A DNA stretch of 64,000 bases from Thermoanaerobaculia bacterium (GTDB lineage Bacteria; Acidobacteriota; Thermoanaerobaculia; UBA5066), in assembly GCA_963719225.1 (NCBI GenBank), contig CAVRAY010000002.1, positions 160,001 through 224,000 of the forward strand, read 5' to 3'. Below are positions 10,434 to 18,866 of this stretch, one piece after another. The notes under the pieces were generated by a model, which saw nothing but the letters and a program-made list of their open reading frames with translations, was not told where the DNA came from and made no database searches. The position numbers and the translations under genes were made by a program. Numbering within the stretch: position 1 is the first letter of the stretch; the number at the start of each line of letters is the position of its first letter.

Positions 10434-11972
10434 ATGCCAGGACGCCGACCGTTCTTCCGCGCCGGGGACCTGAACGCGTTCTTCGCGCTCATGTTCGACA
10501 ACGTGGCGAATCTCGTCATCCTCGCGACGATCCTGATCGGCGCCTTCCATTTTCCCCGGGAGATCGTGCTCGAGCGCATGGTGCCGGGCACCGCGATCGG
10601 CGTCCTCCTCGGGGATCTCGTCTACGCATACCTCGCGCGCCGGCTCGCGCACCGAACCGGCCGCGACGACGTGACCGCGATGCCGCTGGGACTCAACGCC
10701 CCGAGCGTCTTCGGAATGTCCTTCGCCGTCCTCGGGCCGGCCTATCTCGCGACGGGCGACGCGGTCCTCTCCTGGAAGATGGGCATGGCCGTGACGGTTC
10801 TCGTCGGCCTCTTCAAGACAGGCCTTTCGTTCTTCGGCAACGCCGTCCGCTCCGTCCTTCCGCGGGCGGCCCTGCTCGGCTCGATCGGCGGAGCGGGGAT
10901 CGCGCTCATCGGGCTCCTTCCGCTCCTCAAGGTCTTCGCCGATCCGATCGTGGGCTTCGTCGGGCTCGGCGTCATCCTTGTCACGCTCTTCGGCCGGGTG
11001 CGGCTGCCGGGAGGCCTGCCGGGAGCGTTCATCTCGGTGATCGCCGCCGTCGCCGTCTCGTGGGCGCTCACCGCCGCCGGCTTTCACAGTCCGCTCCTCG
11101 CGCCGGTCGTCCACGCGCCCGCGCCGCTCCACCTCTCCGTCCCCTGGCCGAGCCTCGCGTTCCTGGGCGGGCTGTCTCTCGCATGGGTGTACCTCCCGAT
11201 CGCGCTCCCGTTCGCGCTCTCGACGATCGTCGGCGGAATCGACAACACGGAGAGCGCGGCCGCCGCGGGCGACGAGTACGACACGCGCGCAATCCTCGCG
11301 ACCGAGGGACTCTGCACGGTGGCGGCCGGGCTCTGCGGCGGCGTCGTCGAGTCGACGCCGTACATCGGGCACCCGGCCTACAAGAAGATGGGAGCGGGAG
11401 CGGGCTATGCCGTCGCGACCGGGCTCTTCGTCGGGCTCGGCGGAATCCTCGGATATCTGCCGCTCCTCGTCGACTGGATCCCCGCCGCCGCCGTCGCGCC
11501 GATCCTGATCTACATCGGCATCGAGGTTCTGGCGCAGGCGTTCACGGCGACTCCGTCGCGCCACGCGGCCGCCGCCGCGATCGCCACGCTGCCGTCTCTC
11601 GCATTCGTCGCAGCGCTCCAAGCGCGCGCGCTGCTGCCCCCGGGCGCCGCCTCACCCGGCGGCGAGACCGGCGAGACGCTGCGCGCGTTGACGCTGTTGG
11701 GAAACGGCTTCGTCATCACCGCGGTGATCTGGGGCGCCGCGACCGCGGATCTCGTCGACCGCCGCTTCTTCCGGAGCGCGCTCGCTTTCTTCGCCGGATC
11801 TCTGCTCTGCCTCTTCGGCGTGATCCATTCCTCGACGCCGACCGGCACTCTCTTCTGGCCGTGGCGCGCCGGGTCCGACGTCCCTTACCACTTCGCCGCG
11901 GCTTATTCCGCCCTCGCCCTCATCGTCCTGTTCGCGGCGCGCGGCCGGGAGGAAGACCGCGTGACTTCCTGA
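10434..11972 (+). CDS. NCS2/AzgA-like nucleobase permease
   Basis: GDLNAFFALMFDN, DVTAMPLG, TPYIGHPAYKKMGA; many transmembrane segments. Confidence 0.8.
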   Translation: MPGRRPFFRAGDLNAFFALMFDNVANLVILATILIGAFHFPREIVLERMVPGTAIGVLLGDLVYAYLARRLAHRTGRDDVTAMPLGLNAPSVFGMSFAVLGPAYLATGDAVLSWKMGMAVTVLVGLFKTGLSFFGNAVRSVLPRAALLGSIGGAGIALIGLLPLLKVFADPIVGFVGLGVILVTLFGRVRLPGGLPGAFISVIAAVAVSWALTAAGFHSPLLAPVVHAPAPLHLSVPWPSLAFLGGLSLAWVYLPIALPFALSTIVGGIDNTESAAAAGDEYDTRAILATEGLCTVAAGLCGGVVESTPYIGHPAYKKMGAGAGYAVATGLFVGLGGILGYLPLLVDWIPAAAVAPILIYIGIEVLAQAFTATPSRHAAAAAIATLPSLAFVAALQARALLPPGAASPGGETGETLRALTLLGNGFVITAVIWGAATADLVDRRFFRSALAFFAGSLLCLFGVIHSSTPTGTLFWPWRAGSDVPYHFAAAYSALALIVLFAARGREEDRVTS

Positions 11973-11984
11973 GTCACCGCCCCC

Positions 11985-13178
11985 TCACACGTTCGCGCTC
12001 CAGGCGATCGCGCGCTGCCGAAGCGCCTCGCGCGTCGCGACGTCCGGAAGCCCGAGGAGAACCGGCACGATCGGCAGGTCGCCCGGATCCCAGTCGAGGA
12101 GCGCGGCCACGGCCGGCGCGAGGCGCTCGGCGAGCGGCCAGCTCTTCGCCGACTTCCGCGCGAGGCGGGCCGTGGCGGCCGCGTCCGCCGCGACGTCCTC
12201 GTCCTCGCCGAAGAGCTCGGACACGGCCGCGCCGCTTCGGCGGCGCGCGAGCGCGATCGCGTACTCCGTCCAGTTCGGCAGCGGCACGCCGAGCCGCTCC
12301 TCCTCGAAGAGCCGCAGGATCTCCATGAAGCGGTCTCCCGCACGGGCCACCTGCCGTCGCGCGTCGGGCGCGTCCGCCCCTTCGGGCTCGGAGAGCGCGA
12401 GAGCGGCCGCGTGATGCCGCTCCACGAGATCGCGGAAGCGCGTCCAGCTCATCTGCACGTGGAGGCCCGTCCGGCGCGGGCCTTCGGGCCCGGTGGCCCC
12501 GAGAGCGCGCATCGCTTCGTCCCGCGGCAGCGCGCCCGGCGTCCAGTGTCCGGCCGAAAGGAGCACGACGGCGCCGAGGGCGAGGTCGGCCGCCCGGACG
12601 GACCGGAGAGCCTCGCGTGCGCCGGCGCCCGAGACGGAGCGATCGACGAGGCGCTCGGCTTCGAGGAGGCGCGCGCCCGTCTTGGCGAGAACGCGCACGC
12701 CTTCGGCGCGGTCGGGACCTCCGCGAAACACCTCGTCGTAGGGTGGAAGGAGACCGGGCGGGCCGTCCACGACCCGTCGGGCCGCGACGAGCTCCATGTT
12801 CCAGAACGTCGGCGGCAGAAAGCGCAGGCCCCGCCGCGCGACCGCCGACACGGACGCCTCCACGCGGCGGCTCTTCGCCGTCTCGGCGGCCGCCCGCGCG
12901 AGGTGCCGGGAGAGCGCCGGCACCTCCCTCACGGGCGCATCGAGCACGGCGAGAAGCTCGAAGGGATCGGCGGGACGCCCCGTCCCGTCGCGGGCGACAA
13001 CCGTCGCGCCTTCGCCGAGCCCGAGCGCGCCGCCGAGCGCCGCGCCCGCCCAGGCATCGCCGGCGGCGTCGGCCAGGGCCGAGACGAGAGCGCGCACCAC
13101 GTCGGCCGCCCGCGCTTCGGCGCCGGCGTCCCGCGCCCGCGTCAGGGGCCGGAGAGCTTCGCCCGTGTCGGTCGCCAC
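11985..13178 (-). CDS. Hypothetical protein, possibly with a degenerate nucleotidyltransferase fold
   Basis: LGGALGLGEG...PADPFELLAV resembles GGSxGRGEG...NDxDL; start uncertain. Confidence 0.5.
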   Translation of the reverse strand: MATDTGEALRPLTRARDAGAEARAADVVRALVSALADAAGDAWAGAALGGALGLGEGATVVARDGTGRPADPFELLAVLDAPVREVPALSRHLARAAAETAKSRRVEASVSAVARRGLRFLPPTFWNMELVAARRVVDGPPGLLPPYDEVFRGGPDRAEGVRVLAKTGARLLEAERLVDRSVSGAGAREALRSVRAADLALGAVVLLSAGHWTPGALPRDEAMRALGATGPEGPRRTGLHVQMSWTRFRDLVERHHAAALALSEPEGADAPDARRQVARAGDRFMEILRLFEEERLGVPLPNWTEYAIALARRRSGAAVSELFGEDEDVAADAAATARLARKSAKSWPLAERLAPAVAALLDWDPGDLPIVPVLLGLPDVATREALRQRAIAWSANV

Positions 13179-13200
13179 GACGTTCGGAGAGAATAGCCGA

Positions 13201-14001
13201 ATGCCACCCCGCTCCGTCCTGCGCGCCACCCTCGAATACGACGGCGGGCGCTACCGCGGCTGGCAGGCCCAGGTGAACGCCCGGACGGTTCAGGGCGAGC
13301 TCGTGCGCGCCTGCCGCGAAGCGCTCGGCCAGGACGTGAAGGTCAACGGCGCCGGTCGCACGGACGCCGGCGTCCACGCGTTCGCGCAGGTCGCCTCGCT
13401 GCACGGAGCGAGCGTCAAGAGCGCCGATCTCGGGGTGCTTCGCCAGGACCTCAACGACCTTCTCCCGCCCGACATCCACGTGCTGCGCCTCGACGCCGCG
13501 CCGTCCTCGTTCCACGCGCGCCATTCCGCCGGCGAGCGCATCTACCGGTACCGGATCTCGCGGCGTCGGACCGCGTTCGGCAAGCGATACGTCTACTGGG
13601 TGAAGGACCGCCTCGACGCCTCTCTCATGCAGGCGGCCGCGGACCTCTTCGTGGGCCGGCACGATTTCGGAAGCTTTTGCGAAAACGCCGAGGGCCACGA
13701 CTCGACGCTCGTGGAAGTCGCGTTCGCGCGCGTGGAGACGCCCCGCGAGGCGCCGGACCTCATCCTCTTCCGGATCGGCGCGTCCCACTTCCTCTGGAAG
13801 ATGGTGCGCCGTCTCGCGGGGACGCTGCTCGAGGCCGGGCGCGGACACCTCGGCGTCGCGGACGTCCGCGCGCTCCTCGCGGAGCGCTCGGGCAAGCCGG
13901 CCGGGTGGACGGCCCCGCCTTCGGGCCTCTTCCTGGAATCCGTCACGTACGCGGGCGACCCGCCTCCGCCTCCGATCGACCCCTTCCGGCCCGGGTTTTG
14001 A
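13201..14001 (+). CDS. truA: tRNA pseudouridine(38-40) synthase
   Basis: EYDGGRYRGWQ, GAGRTDAGVHA, FLWKMVR, TAPPSGL. Confidence 0.95.
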   Translation: MPPRSVLRATLEYDGGRYRGWQAQVNARTVQGELVRACREALGQDVKVNGAGRTDAGVHAFAQVASLHGASVKSADLGVLRQDLNDLLPPDIHVLRLDAAPSSFHARHSAGERIYRYRISRRRTAFGKRYVYWVKDRLDASLMQAAADLFVGRHDFGSFCENAEGHDSTLVEVAFARVETPREAPDLILFRIGASHFLWKMVRRLAGTLLEAGRGHLGVADVRALLAERSGKPAGWTAPPSGLFLESVTYAGDPPPPPIDPFRPGF

Positions 14002-14086
14002 GGGAATAATCGAGAGAAGAGAAAGAGTTAGAGGGGAAGAGAAAGAAGAGGATCTTCTTAGAAAAGGGAAGAGAGGAAGAAACCAC

Positions 14087-15454
14087 TTGCGATTCCGAAA
14101 TCTCATCGCGGCCGTCGCCGTCTCACTTGCCGCTCCGCCGGCCGCCCGGGCCGTGGCCCAGCCCTCTTCCCCTTCTCAGCAGCCCCCGGCGCCCGCGAAG
14201 GCGGGCGCTCCTTCCGGCGTCCACATTCCGTTCCTCGAGGGAAAGCCCTTCGCCGAAGTCCGGAGACGCGCGAAGGCGGAAGCCAAGCCGGTCATGCTCG
14301 ACGTCGTCGCGGCGTGGTGCGGCCCGTGCAAGGTCATGGATCAGACGACCTTCTCCGACCCGGCCGTCGTGGCCTGGTCGAAGAAGAACGTCGTTCCCGC
14401 GCGCGTCGACGCGGAGAAGGGCGAAGGGCGCCGCATCGCGGCGCGCTATCAGTCCTTTTCGTACCCCACCGTGCTTTTCCTGGACGCGGACGGAAACGAG
14501 ATCGATCGCCTCGTCGGCGCCTTCGGGCCGGCCGATTTCCAGCGCGCGTCGGAGGCCATCCTCGCCGGCAAGACTCCGGTCCTCCAGGGGCTCGCGAAGC
14601 TCAAGGCGTCCTGGAACCCCGACGAGGCGCTCTCGATCGCGAGCGCGCTCACGGCGCGGCGCGATCTCCCGCGACTCAGGCCCCTCGTCCTTCGGATCGT
14701 GAGCGACGAAGGCGACCTGAGCCGGCCGGAAATCCTCCAGCTCTTCCTGCAGCTCGTGGCCGTCGAGACCCTGCAGGGCGACCAATACGCCGAGACGGCC
14801 GATCTCATCGCGACCTTTCTTCCAAAGCTCGGCTCGGATCCGCGGCGCGCCTTCCTCGCGGCCGCGCTCGTGGCCGGCCTCGGGAGGCGGGGCGACGTGA
14901 CGTCGGCGCGCGCAGTGGCCCAGGAGACGCTCAACGCGCTCGGCGAGTCCTCGCCATTCGTGGTCGACGTCGTCGCGGCGCTCGGCGTTGCCGAGCGGCA
15001 GGCCGGCAACGGGCCGCAGGCGCTCGCCGCGTTTCAGCGCGCCGCATCGCTCGCCGAGAAGAACGGCGCCGCCGGAGGGACGCGCGTCGAGAGGCAGCTC
15101 GACCTCGCCGAAGCGCTCGCGTCGAGCGGAAAGCTGGACGAGGCGAAGAAGGCCTACCTCGGCGCGATCGCGGTCGGGCAGCTCGACACGCAGCTCTCCA
15201 CCCGGGCAGCGCGCGCCGCGCTCGCGGCGAAGGACTTCCCCGAAGCCCTCAAGCAGGCGCGCCGCGCCGTCGAGCTCTCGAACGGCGAGGACGCGGCCGC
15301 GCAGGCCGCGCTCGCGGCGGCGCTGAGCGCGACCGGCGACCGTGCGGGCGCTGCGGCGGCCCTGAAAAAGGCCTCGGAGATCGACCCTCGCAACGTCGAG
15401 TACCGCGCGACGACGCCCGGGCCCGCAAAGAAGAAGTCCGCAAAGGCTTCCTGA
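14087..15454 (+). CDS. Secreted thioredoxin-family protein with TPR-like repeats
   Basis: Signal peptide, WCGPC, YPT cis-Pro loop, helical repeats. Confidence 0.8.
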   Translation: MRFRNLIAAVAVSLAAPPAARAVAQPSSPSQQPPAPAKAGAPSGVHIPFLEGKPFAEVRRRAKAEAKPVMLDVVAAWCGPCKVMDQTTFSDPAVVAWSKKNVVPARVDAEKGEGRRIAARYQSFSYPTVLFLDADGNEIDRLVGAFGPADFQRASEAILAGKTPVLQGLAKLKASWNPDEALSIASALTARRDLPRLRPLVLRIVSDEGDLSRPEILQLFLQLVAVETLQGDQYAETADLIATFLPKLGSDPRRAFLAAALVAGLGRRGDVTSARAVAQETLNALGESSPFVVDVVAALGVAERQAGNGPQALAAFQRAASLAEKNGAAGGTRVERQLDLAEALASSGKLDEAKKAYLGAIAVGQLDTQLSTRAARAALAAKDFPEALKQARRAVELSNGEDAAAQAALAAALSATGDRAGAAAALKKASEIDPRNVEYRATTPGPAKKKSAKAS

Positions 15455-15471
15455 AAGGCGCCCGCGCGCGC

Positions 15472-16368
15472 ATGCGATCGCCCGTGGGCATCCTGCTTTC
15501 CCCCGTGGGCCTCGTCCCCGCGACCGCGTCCGTGGAGGCCTTCCACGCGGCGGTCCGGGAGGCCGCCGGGCCCGAGGGGTCGGTCGAGATCTTCACGCAC
15601 GAGGGCGATCCGCGCGAGCCGGCACGCCTCTCGGCTCTCTTCGCGACGCGGGGCGGGCCCGGGGCGAGGGGCACTCTCCTCTTCCTTCACGGCAAGGGAG
15701 GGTGCGGCGCCGAATGGACGACCGATTCCATTCGGGCGCTGGGCCTCGGCTTCAACGTCCTCGTGCCCGAGCTTCGGGGGCATCCGCCCTCGACCGGCAC
15801 GCGCATCACGTACGGCCTCCTGGAGACGGGCGACCTGATTCGCCTCCTGGACTGCGCCGGGACGCGCTTCGGCATCGCGAGGAGTCGCGTGGGAATCGAC
15901 GGCTGCTCGATGGGCGCCGTTCTCGCGGTCCACCTCGCGGCCGCTTCCCCGCCCGCGGCCCTGTGGCTGCAGGCGCCGTTCGACGACATGGTCGCGATGG
16001 CAGCGCACTACCTTCATCGCGCCACCGCTCTTCCCGCCTTCCTCTTCGCGGTCCCCGTGCGCGTTCTCATCTGGAGGATCGCGCGCACCGAGGGGATCGA
16101 CCTCTCGAAGGTGGATCCGTTGCGCGCCGCGCGGCGCGTGACGTGCCCGACCGTCGTCGTTCACGGCGAGAACGACGGCCTCGTCCCGATCCGGTTTTCG
16201 CCGCGCCTGTACGAGGCGCTCGCGGGCGAGAAGTCCTACTGGCGGGTCCCCCGCTGCGGCCACTGCCACCACGCGGACGAGCCCCAGGCCGTGGCGCGCG
16301 CCGAGTACGAGAGGCGCTGGACGGAGTTCTTCCTCCCGCGGCTCGGCCCGACGTTACTCGAGCGGTGA
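15472..16368 (+). CDS. Alpha/beta hydrolase
   Basis: LFLHGKGG, GCSMG, VHGENDGLVP, GHCH. Confidence 0.85.
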   Translation: MRSPVGILLSPVGLVPATASVEAFHAAVREAAGPEGSVEIFTHEGDPREPARLSALFATRGGPGARGTLLFLHGKGGCGAEWTTDSIRALGLGFNVLVPELRGHPPSTGTRITYGLLETGDLIRLLDCAGTRFGIARSRVGIDGCSMGAVLAVHLAAASPPAALWLQAPFDDMVAMAAHYLHRATALPAFLFAVPVRVLIWRIARTEGIDLSKVDPLRAARRVTCPTVVVHGENDGLVPIRFSPRLYEALAGEKSYWRVPRCGHCHHADEPQAVARAEYERRWTEFFLPRLGPTLLER

Positions 16369-16893
16369 AGGGGGTTCGGGGTGAGACCGCGAAGCGGTCT
16401 GCGGGCCTAGCTGCGAGAACCCGGCCGCGAACGCCCCGACCGCGGCGAGAAGCCGGACGACGAGCGTGAGAGACGAGAGTCCGTGGAGGCGTCCCCATTC
16501 CTGCCTCAGAGGATCCGACTTCGCGACGAGATCGATGGCGCCCATCCGGTCTCTGAGCGACATCATTTCCGGAGTGATGACGTAGAGCGACGCGATCGCG
16601 GCGACCGCCGCGATCGCGAGGAGGCGGAGCCCGAGCCCGCGCGCGCGGGGCGACCACGGCCGCTCGCGGTTCCAGAAGACGATGCCGGCGAGCAGGAGGA
16701 CGACGGCGCCGAGCGACACGGTGTCCAGCCGGTCGAGAAGCGCGCGATTCACGGCGCCTGCGGCGTGCCGGCTCGGAGCGGTCAGAAGCACGGTGCGCGC
16801 CCCGAAGGCGCCGAAGAAGGCGAGCATGCCGCACCAGAGCGCGGCGACGAAGAGCCACGTCCCCGCGAGGACCGTCCGGCCGCGAGCCCTCAT
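16354..16893 (-). CDS. DUF4149/TMEM205-like membrane protein
   Basis: Four transmembrane segments, AGAVNR, WGRLHGLS. Confidence 0.75.
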   Translation of the reverse strand: MRARGRTVLAGTWLFVAALWCGMLAFFGAFGARTVLLTAPSRHAAGAVNRALLDRLDTVSLGAVVLLLAGIVFWNRERPWSPRARGLGLRLLAIAAVAAIASLYVITPEMMSLRDRMGAIDLVAKSDPLRQEWGRLHGLSSLTLVVRLLAAVGAFAAGFSQLGPQTASRSHPEPPSPLE

Positions 16894-16903
16894 CCCGCGG
16901 CTC

Positions 16904-17755
16904 TCAGCTCTCTTCCACCCACTCGGGCGTCACGCGGCGGGGAAGAGCTCCCACGGCGTGTCCGCGCTCGAGAAGAAGCCGCACGGCTTCGCGTCCTTTG
17001 TCTCCATAGGAGCGCGTCCACTCGTTCACGTACATGGCGACGAAGCGGTCGGCCTTCTCGCGCGGAAGGCCGCGCGCGAACCGCATCGCGTCGGTGAGGG
17101 CGTCCTCGCGATGGTCGAGAGCGTAGGTGATGGACCGGCCGAGGGCGCGCGACACGCGGGCGATCAGCTCCGGCCCGAGGTCCCTGCGCACGGCGTTGCC
17201 TCCGAGCGGCAGCGGGAGAGAGGTCTCGGCTTTCCAGACGACGCCGAGGTCCGCCACGAGGTGGAAGCCTTCGTCCTTCCACGTGAGCTGGCCCTCGTGA
17301 ATGACGACGCCGGCGTCCACGTCCCCGCGCGTCACGGCCTCGCCGACCCGGTCGAAGGGCGTGACGACGGGAATCGAGAGAGGAGCGTAAATCGTGAGCG
17401 CGAGAGCCGCGGACGTGAGACGACCGGGGATCGCGACACGCCTTCCGGCGAGATCGGAGAGCGTGCGCGGCGCGTCGGCGGCCTCGCGGGCGACCACGCA
17501 CGGGCCGTACCCGTCGCCGAAAGACGCGCCGTGCGGCAGGAGAAGGTAGCGGTCCGCGAGAAAGGCGTACGCGTGAAAGGACACGGCCGTGATCGCGAGC
17601 TCGCCCGAGAGTGCGCGCGTGTTGAGCGTCTCGATGTCGGCGAGCTCGTGCCGATACGAGACGCCTTCGGTGTCGACTGCGTTCTCGCGAAGCCCGTAGA
17701 ACATGAAGGCGTCATCCGAGTCGGGCGAGTGGGCGAGGACGAGCGTCTCGTTCAT
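16904..17755 (-). CDS. mqnD: 1,4-dihydroxy-6-naphthoate synthase (futalosine menaquinone pathway)
   Basis: LAHSPDSDDAFMFY, ADIETLN, GDGYGP, IHEGQLT, PLPLGGN. Confidence 0.9.
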   Translation of the reverse strand: MNETLVLAHSPDSDDAFMFYGLRENAVDTEGVSYRHELADIETLNTRALSGELAITAVSFHAYAFLADRYLLLPHGASFGDGYGPCVVAREAADAPRTLSDLAGRRVAIPGRLTSAALALTIYAPLSIPVVTPFDRVGEAVTRGDVDAGVVIHEGQLTWKDEGFHLVADLGVVWKAETSLPLPLGGNAVRRDLGPELIARVSRALGRSITYALDHREDALTDAMRFARGLPREKADRFVAMYVNEWTRSYGDKGREAVRLLLERGHAVGALPRRVTPEWVEES

Positions 17756-18123
17756 GCGATGTCTCCGAATCTCCACGTCACGCGATCGTAGCCCGGATGC
17801 GCGACGCCGGTCGTGCGGCGTCGCGAAGGAAGGCGGGTGAAAAAAACTTCGCACGTCAAGAAAAAAATTCTTGATTCGTGCTCGAAACTCTCTACAATTC
17901 GTTCAAGAAGAAAAAAGGACGGCGAGGCGATCACGAGTCGCTTCACCGTCCTTACGGAAACCCCGAGCTCTTTTGAAATCGATCGGCGACGAAAATTTTC
18001 TGGTTTTTTCGGCAGTCGACAGATTCGGAAAACGCGAGGTCCCCGTCCTTCGAGGGGCGGCCAACCTAGCACGCGGCTTTCGGGACTGTCAATCAAATCT
18101 GCCAGGAGGAGGTGACAGACCAC

Positions 18124-18186
18124 ATGCCGGCTAAGAAGAAGGCTGCCAAGAAGAGCACCAAGAAGGGGAAAAAGGGTAAGAAGTAA
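18124..18186 (+). CDS. 20-aa Lys-rich peptide MPAKKKAAKKSTKKGKKGKK
   Basis: Very strong Shine-Dalgarno GGAGGAGGTGA, clean ORF, downstream terminator. Confidence 0.7.
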   Translation: MPAKKKAAKKSTKKGKKGKK

Positions 18187-18230
18187 GTACCCACCTTCAA
18201 ACTGTTCCATTCAAGGTATTTCCGGGATTC

Positions 18231-18258
18231 GGGGGCTGGACCAGCCCCCTTATTTTTT
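18231..18258 (+). terminator. Rho-independent terminator
   Basis: GGGGGCTGG/CCAGCCCCC inverted repeat followed by TTATTTTTT. Confidence 0.75.
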
Positions 18259-18329
18259 GCCCGCGCGTTCCCGATCACGCCGCCAGGGCACAGGTTTTCC
18301 ACAGGCGATTCCAACCCTTATGCACCCCG

Positions 18330-18349
18330 GTATATAAACTTTTATATAC
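18330..18349. promoter_or_regulatory. Perfect palindrome, probable PadR operator
   Basis: GTATATAAA-CT-TTTATATAC overlapping a TATACT -10 just upstream of the padR ATG. Confidence 0.65.
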
Positions 18350-18356
18350 TTGTTTC

Positions 18357-18866
18357 ATGTCCCTTCCGCACGTCCTTCTCGGGCTCCTCGGACGTGGCCC
18401 GGCGAGCGGATGGGACCTCGGAACGCGGCTCGCCGCCGAGCCTTCTTTCGGCTGGAGCGCAGACCTCGCGCAGGTCTATCCCGCGCTCCGCCGTCTCCTG
18501 CGCGGCGGCTTCGTGGCGCTTCGGAGGCGGCGCTCCTCCAAGGGACCGCCGAGGCGCGAGTACCGTCTCACTGCCGCCGGCCGCCGGGAGTTCCGCGAGT
18601 GGCTCGCCGAGCCGCTCGAACTTCCCAAGGCCCACGCCGCGTCGCTCGTGAGGCTCGCGTTCCTCGAGAAGCGCGCCCCCGAGGCACGGCTCGCCTCCCT
18701 CCAGCTCTACCGCGGACTTCTCGCCGACGAGCTCGAACGCGCCGCGCCCGGCACCACGGCCGCGCGAAGGAGAAGGCTGGTGCTCCTCGAGGCGGAGCTC
18801 GCCTGGGCGGACGGCGAAGCCGCCGCGATCCTGGCCGGGCGTACGCTCTCGAAGGGAATCCGATGA
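18357..18866 (+). CDS. PadR family transcriptional regulator
   Basis: MSLPHVLLGLL, QVYPALRRL, YRLTAAGRREFREWL. Confidence 0.9.
   Translation: MSLPHVLLGLLGRGPASGWDLGTRLAAEPSFGWSADLAQVYPALRRLLRGGFVALRRRRSSKGPPRREYRLTAAGRREFREWLAEPLELPKAHAASLVRLAFLEKRAPEARLASLQLYRGLLADELERAAPGTTAARRRRLVLLEAELAWADGEAAAILAGRTLSKGIR

Noticed and set aside
18290-18350. Replication origin (TTTTCCACA box plus AT-rich tract)
   Set aside because: Only one good DnaA-like box, no dnaA/dnaN context, and the AT tract is explained by the PadR operator.
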